Shown here: positions 24,523 to 36,440 of the stretch, piece by piece
Layout of the letters: each line of letters begins with the position of its first letter
Position numbering within the stretch: position 1 is the first letter of the stretch
DNA from: Octopus bimaculoides
Taxonomy: Eukaryota
Direction of reading: 5' to 3'
DNA length: 44,775 bases
NCBI RefSeq assembly: GCF_001194135.2
Contig: NC_068997.1
Coordinates: 13,800,661 to 13,845,435 of the forward strand
Notes under the pieces: model-generated
What the model was told of the DNA's origin: nothing
Databases searched by the model: none
The model's input: the letters and a program-made list of their open reading frames with translations, nothing else
Made by a program: the position numbers and the translations under genes

Positions 24523-24819
24523 AGCCTCCGCATAAATACAGAATGAAGAAAACGCATACGCTTGATGGAATAATCCTGGATAATTGGGTTCCCTTGATTG
24601 GCCCTAGGTGGTGGTCATTCTCCAGAGAGTCTCTCATGTAAGTGTATGGTGTGCGGACTGTCGCTTTGTTTTGTTTTTGTTTTTTTTTTTGTTTTGCGTT
24701 CTCATTTAATTTCATTTGGTCCCTATTTAACTCCCTCACACACACACACACGTGCATTTTGCAACCTGTCCCTCAGATGTTCATTCATTCGTTACCATTG
24801 TGGCGAATGATGAAGATTA

Positions 24820-25360
24820 TGATTTTTGCCATCAATATCATTATCATCACAGCTTTCTCTATTACCATTTTTCATCTCATCATCAATATTATCACCATTT
24901 TTCATCATCATCATTATCATCGTCGTCGTCGTCGTCGTCGTCACTGACATAAATATCTTCAAGCTGCTTTGGACAAACACGATATTAATTAGGTCAACTC
25001 GCATAGCACAATGACATGTTTTTGTCTCGAAACACTTATCGACCCACTGCCAACACCACCAACACCAACAACAATAACAACGCCAACTCCACCACTACAA
25101 CATCATCATCATCATCATCGCATTTACCCTCATCCATATCCTCATCACCAGTAACTGCAACAACAGCAGCAGCAGCAGCAGCAGCAGATAGCATTCTGAA
25201 ATCACAGCCATCGAACTCCCAAGCTGTAGTCCAACACCATCACCATCACCACTACTACTACCGCCCACACTGCTATTACAACTCCAATGAACTCCAATAA
25301 CACATCTTTCAATCCCCCAAACACCACCAGCAACAATAACAAAAACAATAGCAGCAAGCA
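24820..25360. repeat. Compound trinucleotide tract (CAT/CGT/CAA/CAG/CAC)n
   Basis: Read directly. Confidence 0.85.
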
Positions 25361-25497
25361 TTCCATCTTCTGCTATTGGTTTTTTTTTTGGTTTTGTTGT
25401 TTTGGTTTGTTCTTTTTCAGCCATTTTAGATTTTCTTTGTGGTTTTCTTCTAAAATTGCATGTATGCGTGTGTGTGTATGTATACTCATATTCATAC

Positions 25498-25533
<36 letters not shown>

Positions 25534-26338
25534 TACATACATACATACAAACATATATATATCTCTCTATATATATACACCCACTGTTATCCACATACAA
25601 CATTTTTTGTTTAAAAACTATATATAATTGACGTACATACNNNNNNNNNNNNNNNNNNNNNNNNNNNNNNNNNNNNNNNNNNNNNNNNNNNNNNNNNNNN
25701 NNNNNNNNNNNNNNNNNNNNNNNNNNNNNNNNNNNNNNNNNNNNNNNNNNNNNNNNNNNNNNNNNNNNNNNNNNNNNNNNNNNNNNNNNNNNNNNNNNNN
25801 NNNNNNNNNNNNNNNNNNNNNNNNNNNNNNNNNNNNNNNNNNNNNNNNNNNNNNNNNNNNNNNNNNNNNNNNNNNNNNNTATCCACATACAACATTTTTT
25901 GTTTAAAAACTATATATAATTGACGTACATACAAATGTTTGCTTTAAAACTTATATATATATACCTGCATATATGTGTGTATATATATGATATACACACA
26001 TACATCAATAACACACATATATAATTATATTCAATACCTTATGCCTACCTTATCCAACTCTATTCACAAAAGAGTTCTTCAATTCCTTCTCTTCGTTTTT
26101 GTTTCTAATTCTTCCATCTTCTTACCTTCTTGATTCTCCTCCTTATATTTTATATTATTCCAATAAATATGTTTCTTTTCACATATTCTAATTCAGTTTA
26201 TGAATTTATACATATTTCACACAATGGACACACACACAACACACACGTATATATCTGTGTGTGTGTGTTTATATATATTTTAGTATGTGTGTATGTAAGT
26301 ACATCTAAGTAGATATATATATATATATATATATATAT

Positions 26339-26340
<2 letters not shown>

Positions 26341-26371
<31 letters not shown>

Positions 26372-26521
26372 GTTTAACGTCCGCCTTCCATGCTAGCATG
26401 GGCTGGACCACTTGACTGGGGACTGGTGAAACCGGATGGCAACACCAGGCTCCAATCTAAATTTGGCAGAGTTTCTACAGCTGGATGCCCTTCCTAACGC
26501 CAACCACTCAGAGAGTGTAGA
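26341..26521 (-). mobile_element. RTE 3'-tail family B copy
   Basis: (CAT)n-CGTTTAACGTCCGCCTTCCATGCTAGCATGGG...GGATGCCCTTCCTAACGCCAACCACTC. Confidence 0.8.
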
Positions 26522-27088
26522 TATATATATATATATATATATATGTTGTGTTAGTGAATATATATGATTGTGTAATTNNNNNNNNNNNNNNNNNNNNNNN
26601 NNNNNNNNNNNNNNNNNNNNNNNNNNNNNNNNNNNNNNNNNNNNNNNNNACATACACATCAAACAGCACAAACACACACACACACATGCACATAAAGACA
26701 TATATATACATTCATATGCTCCAACATTATCCCACCAACCTTTCTATACTTTCGTTCTTTCTTTTCCTCTTTGTCTCTTCACAATATGCTTTACACTTAT
26801 TCTCCTCTTTCTTTTCTCTCTCTCTTGCTATTAATTTTCTCTCCTCTTTCTCGGGTTTTATTTAAACCAGTGTTATGTTTTTTATCATTTTTCTTCCATC
26901 TCCTGCTAACCCTAATTGTTCTTCTACTACTTCTTCTCCCCTTCACTTTTTCTCCCTTCCTTCTTTGGGTTTCATTTTCTACACTCTTTTGCTACCTCAC
27001 CAAATTTTGTGTTGTCCATCATTCCTTTAAGCTCTCATCACACATCCTATATATGTGTGTGTATATATATGTATGTATTTATGCATTC

Positions 27089-27124
<36 letters not shown>

Positions 27125-27134
27125 NNNNNNNNNN

Positions 27135-27172
<38 letters not shown>

Positions 27173-27180
27173 TCTTCTAC

Positions 27181-27251
27181 TTGGCTGGCTCCTGTCAAAC
27201 CGTCCAAGCCATGCCAGCATGGAAAGCAGATGTTAAATGAAGATGATGATA
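27181..27251 (+). mobile_element. RTE 3'-tail family B fragment
   Basis: GTCAAACCGTCCAAGCCATGCCAGCATGGAAAGCAGATGTTAAATGAAGATGATGAT. Confidence 0.65.
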
Positions 27252-27689
27252 ATGGTATACATACATGTGTGTATATATGTATGCATGAAAATAAATATCA
27301 GTCTATCTCTCTGTCTGTCTCTCTGTCCCTCTCTCTATCTATCTATCTATTTATCTATCTATGGTACAAATATAAAAAATGCAAAATTAGGTAAAAAACA
27401 AGTGAGTGTGTTAGGATGATGCTCAAGGAACCTTGGAAGGAGTCTTTAACATTTTGAGCATATGCTCTTCTTCAGAAAAGATATTTATATATATATGTGT
27501 ATATGTATATGCATGTGTATGCGTATGTATGCATACATATATATTTATGTACGCATCTATGTAAGTGTATATGTGTGTGCATGTGAGTGTATATGCATTT
27601 GCATCTTCTTGTTTTGATGTCACATGAGAGTTGTAAAGAAGCATCACCATCGTAGAGGAGTGCTGTTTCCCCCACCCACACCCCATAAT

Positions 27690-27850
27690 CCATACAAACA
27701 TTCTTAGCCATAGGAAAATATTGCATTGTTTGGAAACAGATGGTGGCTGGTGACAAGAAGGACATTTGGCCATAGAAAAACTACCTCAATGAATTTCTGT
27801 CCAACTCTTACAAGCGTGGAAGAGTGAACATTAAAATGATGCCATGATGC
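27690..27850 (+). mobile_element. Diverged RTE 3'-tail variant
   Basis: GGTGGCTGGTGACAAGAAGGACATTTGGCCATAGAAAAA...GCGTGGAAGAGTGAACATTAAAATGATGCCATGATG is collinear with family B. Confidence 0.55.
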
Positions 27851-28343
27851 AGCACATATAACTATGCATATATGTACACACACACACGCATAAAGATAAA
27901 TATATATATATATGCACATATATATACATATATACATATGTACATACATACATACATACATACATATATACATATATATGCTTAGGTAATTAGATAAAAA
28001 CATGATTCTGTCAAGCCTTCGGCCACTTCATTCGTTTATGATGTAGTTTATTCTTTTTATTTATTGGGCTTAATGGACAAGGTTCTACACTTTTGATCAA
28101 TTCTCTCTTATTTTCGTCTTTTTCCTCATCTCTCTCCTTGCCTGTTTGCATGTGTATATGTATATCTATCTATCTATCTATATCTATATCTATATATATA
28201 TATATATATATGTATTGTAGTTTTTATAGTTATTCCATACTATTCCTATATAGCTTGTGCCCTGCTGCAGGCCTCGCCCTGTTGACCAATTTTGCATTCC
28301 TTATGTTATTAATCCCACCCAACACATAAGTGCTGCTGCTTAC

Positions 28344-28357
28344 CTTTTCACCATTTT
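28344..28357 (-). other. Candidate 14-nt micro-exon (AAAATGGTGAAAAG)
   Basis: Minus strand reads ttcttcttacacctcctccacttccgcttcctctcctgcag|AAAATGGTGAAAAG|gtaagc, with a long pyrimidine tract and an AAG|GTAAG donor. No transcript evidence. Confidence 0.3.
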
Positions 28358-28512
28358 CTGCAGGAGAGGAAGCGGAAGTGGAGGAGGTGTAAGAAGAATA
28401 CTGTGTAGTTTAGCAGAAAATGGTGTGCAGTTGGACAGATGGGTGAACTGGGCTAAAGAATTCAAAGAGGGTGAAATAGAGAGAGAAGGAAGGGAGGGAA
28501 GAGAGCAGATAG

Positions 28513-28553
<41 letters not shown>

Positions 28554-28906
28554 AACTGAGATGCAGTGAGAAAGATGTGAGATAGTAAATGGACAGAGAG
28601 AAAAAGAGAATAATCATATGGGGGGGGGGAAGGAGAAAAAAATGAGATTAACAGGAGGGAAAAATAAACAGCATCACAAGAGGAATGACAGAAGTTTCGA
28701 TAGTTAGATAGATAGATAGACAGGTAGATAGATAGAAAGAGAGAGAGACACACACACACACACAGACAGAGATACTGATGGCGGTCTGATAGATAGATAG
28801 ATAGATAGATAGATAAATAGATATGGAATGAGAGAGAATATCAATCAAGTCACTTGAGAATGGAAAGGCTGAAAGAGAGTCTAAGAGAGAGAGAGAGAGA
28901 GGGGGG

Positions 28907-28938
<32 letters not shown>

Positions 28939-29467
28939 GACTGCCTATGAAACAGTAAATGAGATGGACTACAAGAGTAAGAGGAGGAGATGCAGCAAGT
29001 GGAGAGAATGAAAGGGGGAGGATAGGGTTGGGAAAAAGAATGATAGCTGGAAGAATGAATGGGAAACAAAAGAGAAAGACAAAGAGGAAAGTACCAACTT
29101 TAGAACTGCTAAAGAAAGGGAGTAAAAGACAATGGAGGAAGCGGTGGTGGTGGTGGTGGTGGTAGGGGTTAGATATTGAAGCAGAGGGTAAAAAATAATG
29201 AAGAAAACAAGGAAATCAGGGCTGAGGGAATGGAAAAAAAAATGAATAAATAACTAAACAAATAATGGTAAGAATGCTTGCAGGTGTGGAAACAAATCGT
29301 AAAAGGAATAGGAAAAAAGTAGAAATGGTAAGAATAATTGCATGGAATGGGGAACTAAAGGAATGAGTATAAATGGAGTGGACATAGATTGATGAATTAG
29401 CTGGATGCTGAAGACTTTGGCTGATTATCTAAATAAGTTAGTTTGGTCATCTAGATGGTGAGCTAAT

Positions 29468-29521
<54 letters not shown>

Positions 29522-29787
29522 TGTGTGTGTCTGTGTGTGTGTGTGTGAATGTGTAGACATGCATACGTAAATACATATGGATAGATAGATAGATGATTGA
29601 TAGATAGACAGATAGATAAATAAAGATAGATAGAGAGAGAGATTGACGGAGGCAGAGACAGACTCTGTATGTGTGTGTGTGTGTGTATATATNNNNNNNN
29701 NNNNNNNNNNNNNNNNNNNNNNNNNNNNNNNNNNNNNNNNNNNNNNNNNNNNNNNNNNNNNNNNNNNNNNNNNNNNNNNNNNNNNNN

Positions 29788-29843
<56 letters not shown>

Positions 29844-30056
29844 CAGACAGAGAAAGACAGAGAGAAACAGACGGAGACAGATAGGTAGATAGATATAGTT
29901 AGCTGGTAAAGAGATAGATAGACATAGATAGATGGTAAACAGACAGGTAGCTAGAGAGATAGATGAATAGATATGTAGATAAATAGATAGATAACTTAAT
30001 AGGTAGACAGAGAGATGGACAAACAGATAGTCTGATAAATGGATAGATAGATAGAT

Positions 30057-30320
30057 ATCTTTTTATTATAGCCACACAGGGCTAAATACAGAAAATGAAC
30101 AAATTACAAAGTAGAGCTTTTCTTTGTGGGGGGGATAATTTCGATCAAAGGGATCGCGGAAAAAAAGGGGGGGGTCGATCAAAAGGGACCGCGGAAAGAA
30201 AAAAATCCGTAGTGGGGGGCGATCAATAGGGATCGTGTATCACAGTCAATGTAAAAAACAGAGAACAGATTAGGTTTATCCGTGGAGAGAAAAGCCTACG
30301 GAAAAGACCACGGTCACCTC
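30057..30320 (-). mobile_element. Probable 3' UTR/end of an L1/Tx1-like LINE abutting (GATA)n
   Basis: Minus strand ends CCCTGTGTGGCTATAATAAAAAGA (AATAAA) and runs straight into (TATC)n. It has three internal GATCAA(A/T)AGGGA-type subrepeats and is CpG-rich relative to the flanks. Confidence 0.45.
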
Positions 30321-30384
30321 AGGCTTTTTTTTATTTTTAAAGTACATGAAAGTAAGTACCTTCTCTCTTTTTGTCTCAGTTTAT

Positions 30385-30490
30385 GTCTACCAAATCCACT
30401 CACAAGGCTTTGGTCAGCCTGAGGGTATATTAGAAGACACTTGCTGAAGGTGCCAAGCAGTGGGACTGAACTATGTGATTGGGAAGCAAG
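30385..30490 (-). mobile_element. SINE family C head/central fragment
   Basis: TCTACCAAATCCACTCACAAGGCTTTGG...AGAAGACACTTGC...GTGGGACTGAAC. Confidence 0.7.
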
Positions 30491-30712
30491 AGACGTAAAC
30501 ACACCACCATCGGTCATCAAGCAATGTTGGGGGGGAGAGACACAAACATATTCACACACGCATACATACATACATACATATATAGATATACACAACGGGC
30601 TTCTTTCAGTTTCTGTCTACCAAATCCACTCACAAGGATTTGATCGGCCCAAGGCTATAGTAGAAGACACTTACCCAAGGTGCCACGAAGTGAGACTGAA
30701 CCCGAAACCCCC
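30491..30712 (-). mobile_element. SINE family C (partial tail, internal microsatellite, central domain)
   Basis: Same layout as 16766-17128. Confidence 0.7.
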
Positions 30713-30715
30713 ACC

Positions 30716-30895
30716 ATTGCTTGACAACTGATGTTGGTGTGTTTACATCCCTGTAACTTAGTGGTTCCACGAAAGACATCAATAGAATAAGTACTAGGCT
30801 TACAAAGAATAAGTCCTGGGGTCGATTTGTTCAACTAGAGGCAGTGCTCAAGCATGGCCACAGTCAAATGACTGAAACAAGTAAGTGAATGAAAT
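30716..30895 (+). mobile_element. SINE family C 3' tail, opposite orientation
   Basis: CTTGACAACTGATGTTGGTGTGTTTAC...AATAAGTCCTGGGGTCGATTTG...AAATGACTGAAACAAG. Confidence 0.75.
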
Positions 30896-30982
30896 AATAT
30901 ACACAGATATATACACACATGATGTGTCTGTGTACATGTGTATACAAGTATATATACACAAGCACACCTTTGTATCTGAATG

Positions 30983-31021
<39 letters not shown>

Positions 31022-31023
<2 letters not shown>

Positions 31024-31245
31024 TCATCATCATCATCATCGTTTAACGTCCGCTTTCCATCCTAGCATGGGTTGGACGATTTGACTGAGGACTGGTGAAA
31101 CCGGATGGCAACACCAGGCTCCAGTCCGATTTGGCAGAGTTTCTACAGCTGGATGCCCTTCCTAACGCCAACCACTCAGAGAGTGTAGTGGGTGCTTTTA
31201 CGTGTCACCCGCACGAAAACGGCCACGCTCGAAATGGTGTCTTTA
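31022..31245 (-). mobile_element. RTE 3'-tail family B copy
   Basis: Near-identical to 26341-26521 and the reverse complement of about 12030-12219. Confidence 0.8.
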
Positions 31246-31259
31246 TATATATATATCTT

Positions 31260-31292
<33 letters not shown>

Positions 31293-31744
31293 AGTGTGTG
31301 AGGGAGGGATGGAGGGAGAGAGGGAGGAATATAGATGTAAATATAGATATGAGTTTGCATGCACAAAATAATCCCACACAAATTGATCTCTGGAATAAGA
31401 GTAAAAAAAAATCAGTTGGTGTAACATGACTGACTAAGCAAAATCATTTGTCAGTTCACGAAGTATATGGCTATCTCCTTTGAGACATAATCAGTTGAAA
31501 TCTAATCATATCTTTATGTATGTGTGTGTGTGAGTGTCTATGTATGTGTGTATTTGTGTCTATGCAGTGTGTGAGTGTTTCTCTGTGTGTATGAGATGAA
31601 GTTTTTGGGTATAAGCCTGGATATAGTTGCCGAAGTCTGTTTATGTAGATGCACACATAGGCTTTCTAATATATCATAAATGCATACGTACATAAGCACA
31701 CATCAGCATACATAGATGCATACATATATCCACCCATTCCTCAA

Positions 31745-31814
<70 letters not shown>

Positions 31815-32188
31815 CATATACATATGTATATATACTTACATATATATACATATGTATATATGCTTACATATATAAATATATATACACACACACATATATA
31901 AACGTACATATACATATATATATATAGTGAGAGAGAGAGAGATAGATAGACAGATGTGAGCACTAATACAGACATATATTTAGGAATGTATGATAATTTA
32001 TGCATACATATCCATAAATAATCATGTAAATATTGAAAGGAAAGGCAAAAGTAAACAACACTGCTCTAAGTATGGGTGTGTGTATGTGTGTATAGACATT
32101 ATACAAATACAGATAAATAATACATGCATATACACATATATATATTTGCATATAACTATATATCGATACGATATATGAACTAATTTTT

Positions 32189-32202
32189 TTGACAGCTGTC
32201 AA
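32189..32202. promoter_or_regulatory. Perfect 14-bp palindrome TTGACAGCTGTCAA (TALE-homeodomain dimer-type site)
   Basis: Contains inverted TGACAG half-sites, the TGACAGCTGTCA motif known for TGIF/MEIS/PKNOX. Function is unverified. Confidence 0.25.
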
Positions 32203-32344
32203 TCTATTTGCTCTTTTTTTTTTTTTCTCTTGTAGTCTTTTCGATTCCAGTACCATATACCATTAAAAGTACGTAACGTTTGGTTTGAAGATAACACTAT
32301 CACCTCTTTCAGCCTGTTTGTCTGTCCATCTGGCTCTCTATAAC

Positions 32345-32388
<44 letters not shown>

Positions 32389-32518
32389 TTGCTCTGCATT
32401 ATTTGTTTTGGTCGGCGCTGAGGGAGTGGGGAAAAAATTGATAAAAACCAAAATTATTCGAATACTCAGTTGCCATATTCTGTGGTCAAATTACTGGAGG
32501 AAAAAGGATGTGTTTTTC

Positions 32519-32572
<54 letters not shown>

Positions 32573-32735
32573 TGGTATTTATCATTATCAGTATCATCAA
32601 GAATGCACTATTGCAAGCCAATGATGGCATCATCTGAAAAGGTCGTGCAAACATGCTAGAAATAGCAACCAAATTTCCTTCAAATCATATACTGCTTGGT
32701 TAAAAAAAATAGAAGGGTGTATATACATGCACATG

Positions 32736-32772
<37 letters not shown>

Positions 32773-32814
32773 TGTGAGTGTGTGTGTATGTGTGTGTGAG
32801 TGTGTATGTACAAC

Positions 32815-32955
32815 TGTTTCCATCTCACAACTTTCAACAGGAAAAAGCATTAGCCCAGCAAATGACTGTCGAAAAAGACATTGTCCCAAGGTACTACACA
32901 ATATGATTGAACCTGGAACCATTTGGTTGGTAAGCAAACTTATAAACTACACCTT
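32815..32955 (-). mobile_element. Old SINE family C head/central fragment
   Basis: GAAAAAGACATTGTCCCAAGG...GAACCTGGAACCATTTGGTTGGTAAGCAAACT. Confidence 0.55.
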
Positions 32956-32960
32956 CATTA

Positions 32961-33170
32961 TTCTTTATTTGATTCAGTCATTTGACTATGGTCATGCTGG
33001 AGCACCGCCTTTAGTCCAACAAATCGAGCACAGGACTTATTCTTTGTAAGCTTAGCACTTATTCTATCGGTCTCTTTTGTTGAACTGCTAATTTACAGGG
33101 ACATAAACACACCAGCATCAGTTGTCAAGGCGATGTTAAGGAGACAAACACAGACACATAAAGATATACA
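32961..33170 (-). mobile_element. SINE family C 3' tail
   Basis: TTCAGTCATTTGACTATGGTCATGCTGGAGCACCGCC...GTTGTCAAGGCGATG...GACAAACACAGACAC. Confidence 0.75.
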
Positions 33171-33176
33171 CATACA

Positions 33177-33220
<44 letters not shown>

Positions 33221-33690
33221 TATATTTTACATTAATTATGAAGATAATTACGAAATTATGAGTATAAAAATTAAAACATACACAATAATTTCTGAAAATC
33301 TGAAAATTCTTTTAAAATCAATAATAGATAAAGATTAATAAATTAAAAAATGTTAATTAATTGAAAAAAAAAATAGAGAAAAGAGACAAATAATGAAAAA
33401 AAATAAACAAATGGATCTATACACTGCCTTAACCAGAGCAATACAAGTTTTCCAATACGTTGAACACTAAGCTTTAGCAAAATCATAACTTTTGCTCTCT
33501 TAATTTTGCCATTAAAAGAATTTATATTATTATCATCACCATCATCATTATCACCATCATTATCATCATCATCATCATCATCTTCATCTCCATCATCAAT
33601 TTTCAGAAATTTACCAAGCACATTAGCATGGCGGATGAATGTTCTAACACTGATTTCCCTTGATGATAGGGAAGAGTATATGTGTGTGTT

Positions 33691-33728
<38 letters not shown>

Positions 33729-33784
33729 CATGCAAATACAATACATACATATATAATGCATAAATATATATGCATATATAATAC

Positions 33785-33821
<37 letters not shown>

Positions 33822-33843
33822 CATACACATATTCAATACATAT

Positions 33844-33874
<31 letters not shown>

Positions 33875-33910
33875 CACATACACATATTCAATACATATAT
33901 ATATACAATG

Positions 33911-33954
<44 letters not shown>

Positions 33955-34282
33955 CATTTAGTTTTATATATGCGTACATGTATGTGTATATGCATGTGTA
34001 TACTGTAAATATATCGACACGCTATTAACAATTAATAGCGGCATATTAATGATGCTCTAATGCCATTAGTGGAATTAGGTCTACCTGAAACTTCACCTAA
34101 TGCATATCTAGCTTATCTCTGTATCTTTGGTGATATGTATGTGGCTGTATGCATACTCTATGCGTATATACCTTAATGTGTATATGAGGGTAATGCATGA
34201 CGTATATATGCTCATGTTTACATATGCGAGTTCGTATATGCATTGATGTAGGTGCATATGTTTCTATGTGTTTTTCTATGTA

Positions 34283-34325
<43 letters not shown>

Positions 34326-35084
34326 NNNNNNNNNNNNNNNNNNNNNNNNNNNNNNNNNNNNNNNNNNNNNNNNNNNNNNNNNNNNNNNNNNNNNNNNNNN
34401 NNNNNNNNNNNNNNNNNNNNNNNNNNNNNNNNNNNNNNNNNNNNNNNNNNNNNNNNNNNNNNNNNNNNNNNNNNNNNNNNNNNNNNNNNNNNNNNNNNNN
34501 NNNNNNNNNNNNNNNNNNNNNNNNNNNNNNNNNNNNNNNNNNNNNNNNNNNNNNNNNNNNNNNNNNNNNNNNNNNNNNNNNNNNNNNNNNNNNNNNNNNN
34601 NNNNNNNNNNNNNNNNNNNNNNNNNNNNNNNNNNNNNNNNNNNNNNNNNNNNNNNNNNNNNNNNNNNNNNNNNNNNNNNNNNNNNNNNNNNNNNNNNNNN
34701 NNNNNNNNNNNNNNNNNNNNNNNNNNNNNNNNNNNNNNNNNNNNNNNNNNNNNNNNNNNNNNNNNNNNNNNNNNNNNNNNNNNNNNNNNNNNNNNNNNNN
34801 NNNNNNNNNNNNNNNNNNNNNNNNNNNNNNNNNNNNNNNNNNNNNNNNNNNNNNNNNNNNNNNNNNNNNNNNNNNNNNNNNNNNNNNNNNNNNNNNNNNN
34901 NNNNNNNNNNNNNNNNNNNNNNNNNNNNNNNNNNNNNNNNNNNNNNNNNNNNNNNNNNNNNNNNNNNNNNNNNNNNNNNNNNNNNNNNNNNNNNNNNNNN
35001 NNNNNNNNNNNNNNNNNNNNNNNNNNNNNNNNNNNNNNNNNNNNNNNNNNNNNNNNNNNTATATATATGTATATATATGTATAT

Positions 35085-35250
35085 ATCAGGCCCACCTGAC
35101 TGGCTCCTATGCCGGTGGCACATAAAATCATCCAGTTGCAGAAGCATTGCCAGATCAGATTAGAGCCTGGTACAGCTGCTGGCTCTCCAGACCTCAGTCA
35201 GACCGTCCAACCTATGCCAGCATGCGAAACAGCTGTTAAATGATGATGAT
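35085..35250 (+). mobile_element. RTE 3'-tail family B copy (internally deleted)
   Basis: GACTGGCTCCTATGCCGGTGGCAC...CAGATCAGATTAGAGCCTGG...GTTAAATGATGATGAT. Confidence 0.7.
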
Positions 35251-35708
35251 ATGTGTGTTTGTGTATATATATATATAAATATTTATTTATATGTATATTA
35301 TTATATGTAAAGTTAAGATGCAAGGATCTAAGTGTAGAAGGTATGAAAACAACTTTTGAGGAGCAATAGTGGTTTATTGATGTAGATGGTTGTAAATTTT
35401 TCCCATATCACAGTTAGCAACAGAGGTTGCTGTGCATGTGAATGTATATATGCTTATAGGTTGTCTGTTTTGAAGTTTGATTTGCAGCCATGCCTCTTGC
35501 TAATGCTGCAGTATGGCACATTGGTCAAGAGTCTCCTTCTACAGCCACAGGCTTATTGACGCCTTATGAATGAATCCAGGAAAAAGAAAGCATAAGAAGT
35601 CCATTGTCTATATATATTTATGCATAGCTGTCTATGTGTGTGTGTGGAGGGGATGCAATATGGTACTTGGTATCAGGAAATATGGTAAATACATATAATT
35701 TAATGGGT

Positions 35709-36041
35709 AAATACCCCCTTCAGTTATGAATGTCCATGGGATTGCACCTAAAAAGTAACCCTCTGAGGTGCAAGTCCAGGCAAGGTTGTTTTTATGGAAG
35801 ACCAGAAGTCACCTATGCATACCAGCCTCTCCTCGCCACACCACCGATGTTATCCAAGAAAAAAGGCAAAGACCAATACAACTCGACAGCAGTGATGTCA
35901 CAACTCATTTCTACAGCTGAATGGACTCAAGCAATGTGAAATAAGTGTCTTGCTCAAGAACATGACACACAGCCCAGTTCGGGAATTGAACTCAGTATGA
36001 TTGTGAACCCAATGCTCTAACTGGTGAGTCATACACCTTCA
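35709..36041 (-). mobile_element. tRNA-derived SINE family E with CORE/Meta-like central domain
   Basis: Minus strand head is TGAAGGTGTATGACTCACCAGTTAGAGC...GAGTTCAATTCCCG (B box), followed by TTCTTGAGCAAGACACTTATTTCAC and a distinct 3' tail. Confidence 0.7.
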
Positions 36042-36239
36042 TGTAAATTTAACTTTTATTAACTAACCCATTGTATCATTCCTTTCTCATATGATGGATA
36101 GCACTCTAATCAATTTATATTGCTGGACAATTATATAGATAAAGAAGTAACTACCTATATTCATATATAACTATATATGCATACATATGTAGCAATAAAT
36201 TTATCTTTCCAATATTTTATACATATAAGTATCTTCACA

Positions 36240-36346
36240 TATCTGTCTATCTATCCTTGAATCTAACTATCCATCTTTCTATCCATCTATCTTTCTATCT
36301 GTCTATCTAACTATCTATCTACCTATATATTTATCTATCTATTTAC

Positions 36347-36408
<62 letters not shown>

Positions 36409-36440
36409 ATCGATGTGTCTGCCTATCCATCTATCTACAT
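36240..36440. repeat. (ATCT)n array
   Basis: Read directly. Confidence 0.9.

Noticed and set aside
25016-25300. ORF with poly-N/T/S/A/H resembling a transcription-factor low-complexity region
   Set aside because: No DNA-binding domain, other frames are equally open, and it is embedded in simple repeats.
32395-32460. LFVLVGAEGVGKKLIK, resembling a P-loop or MAGUK guanylate-kinase N-terminus
   Set aside because: There is no acceptor AG between the (CT)n tract and the motif, no donor, no S/T after GK, and the downstream sequence has no similarity. Probably chance. A tBLASTn against CASK/MPP would settle it.
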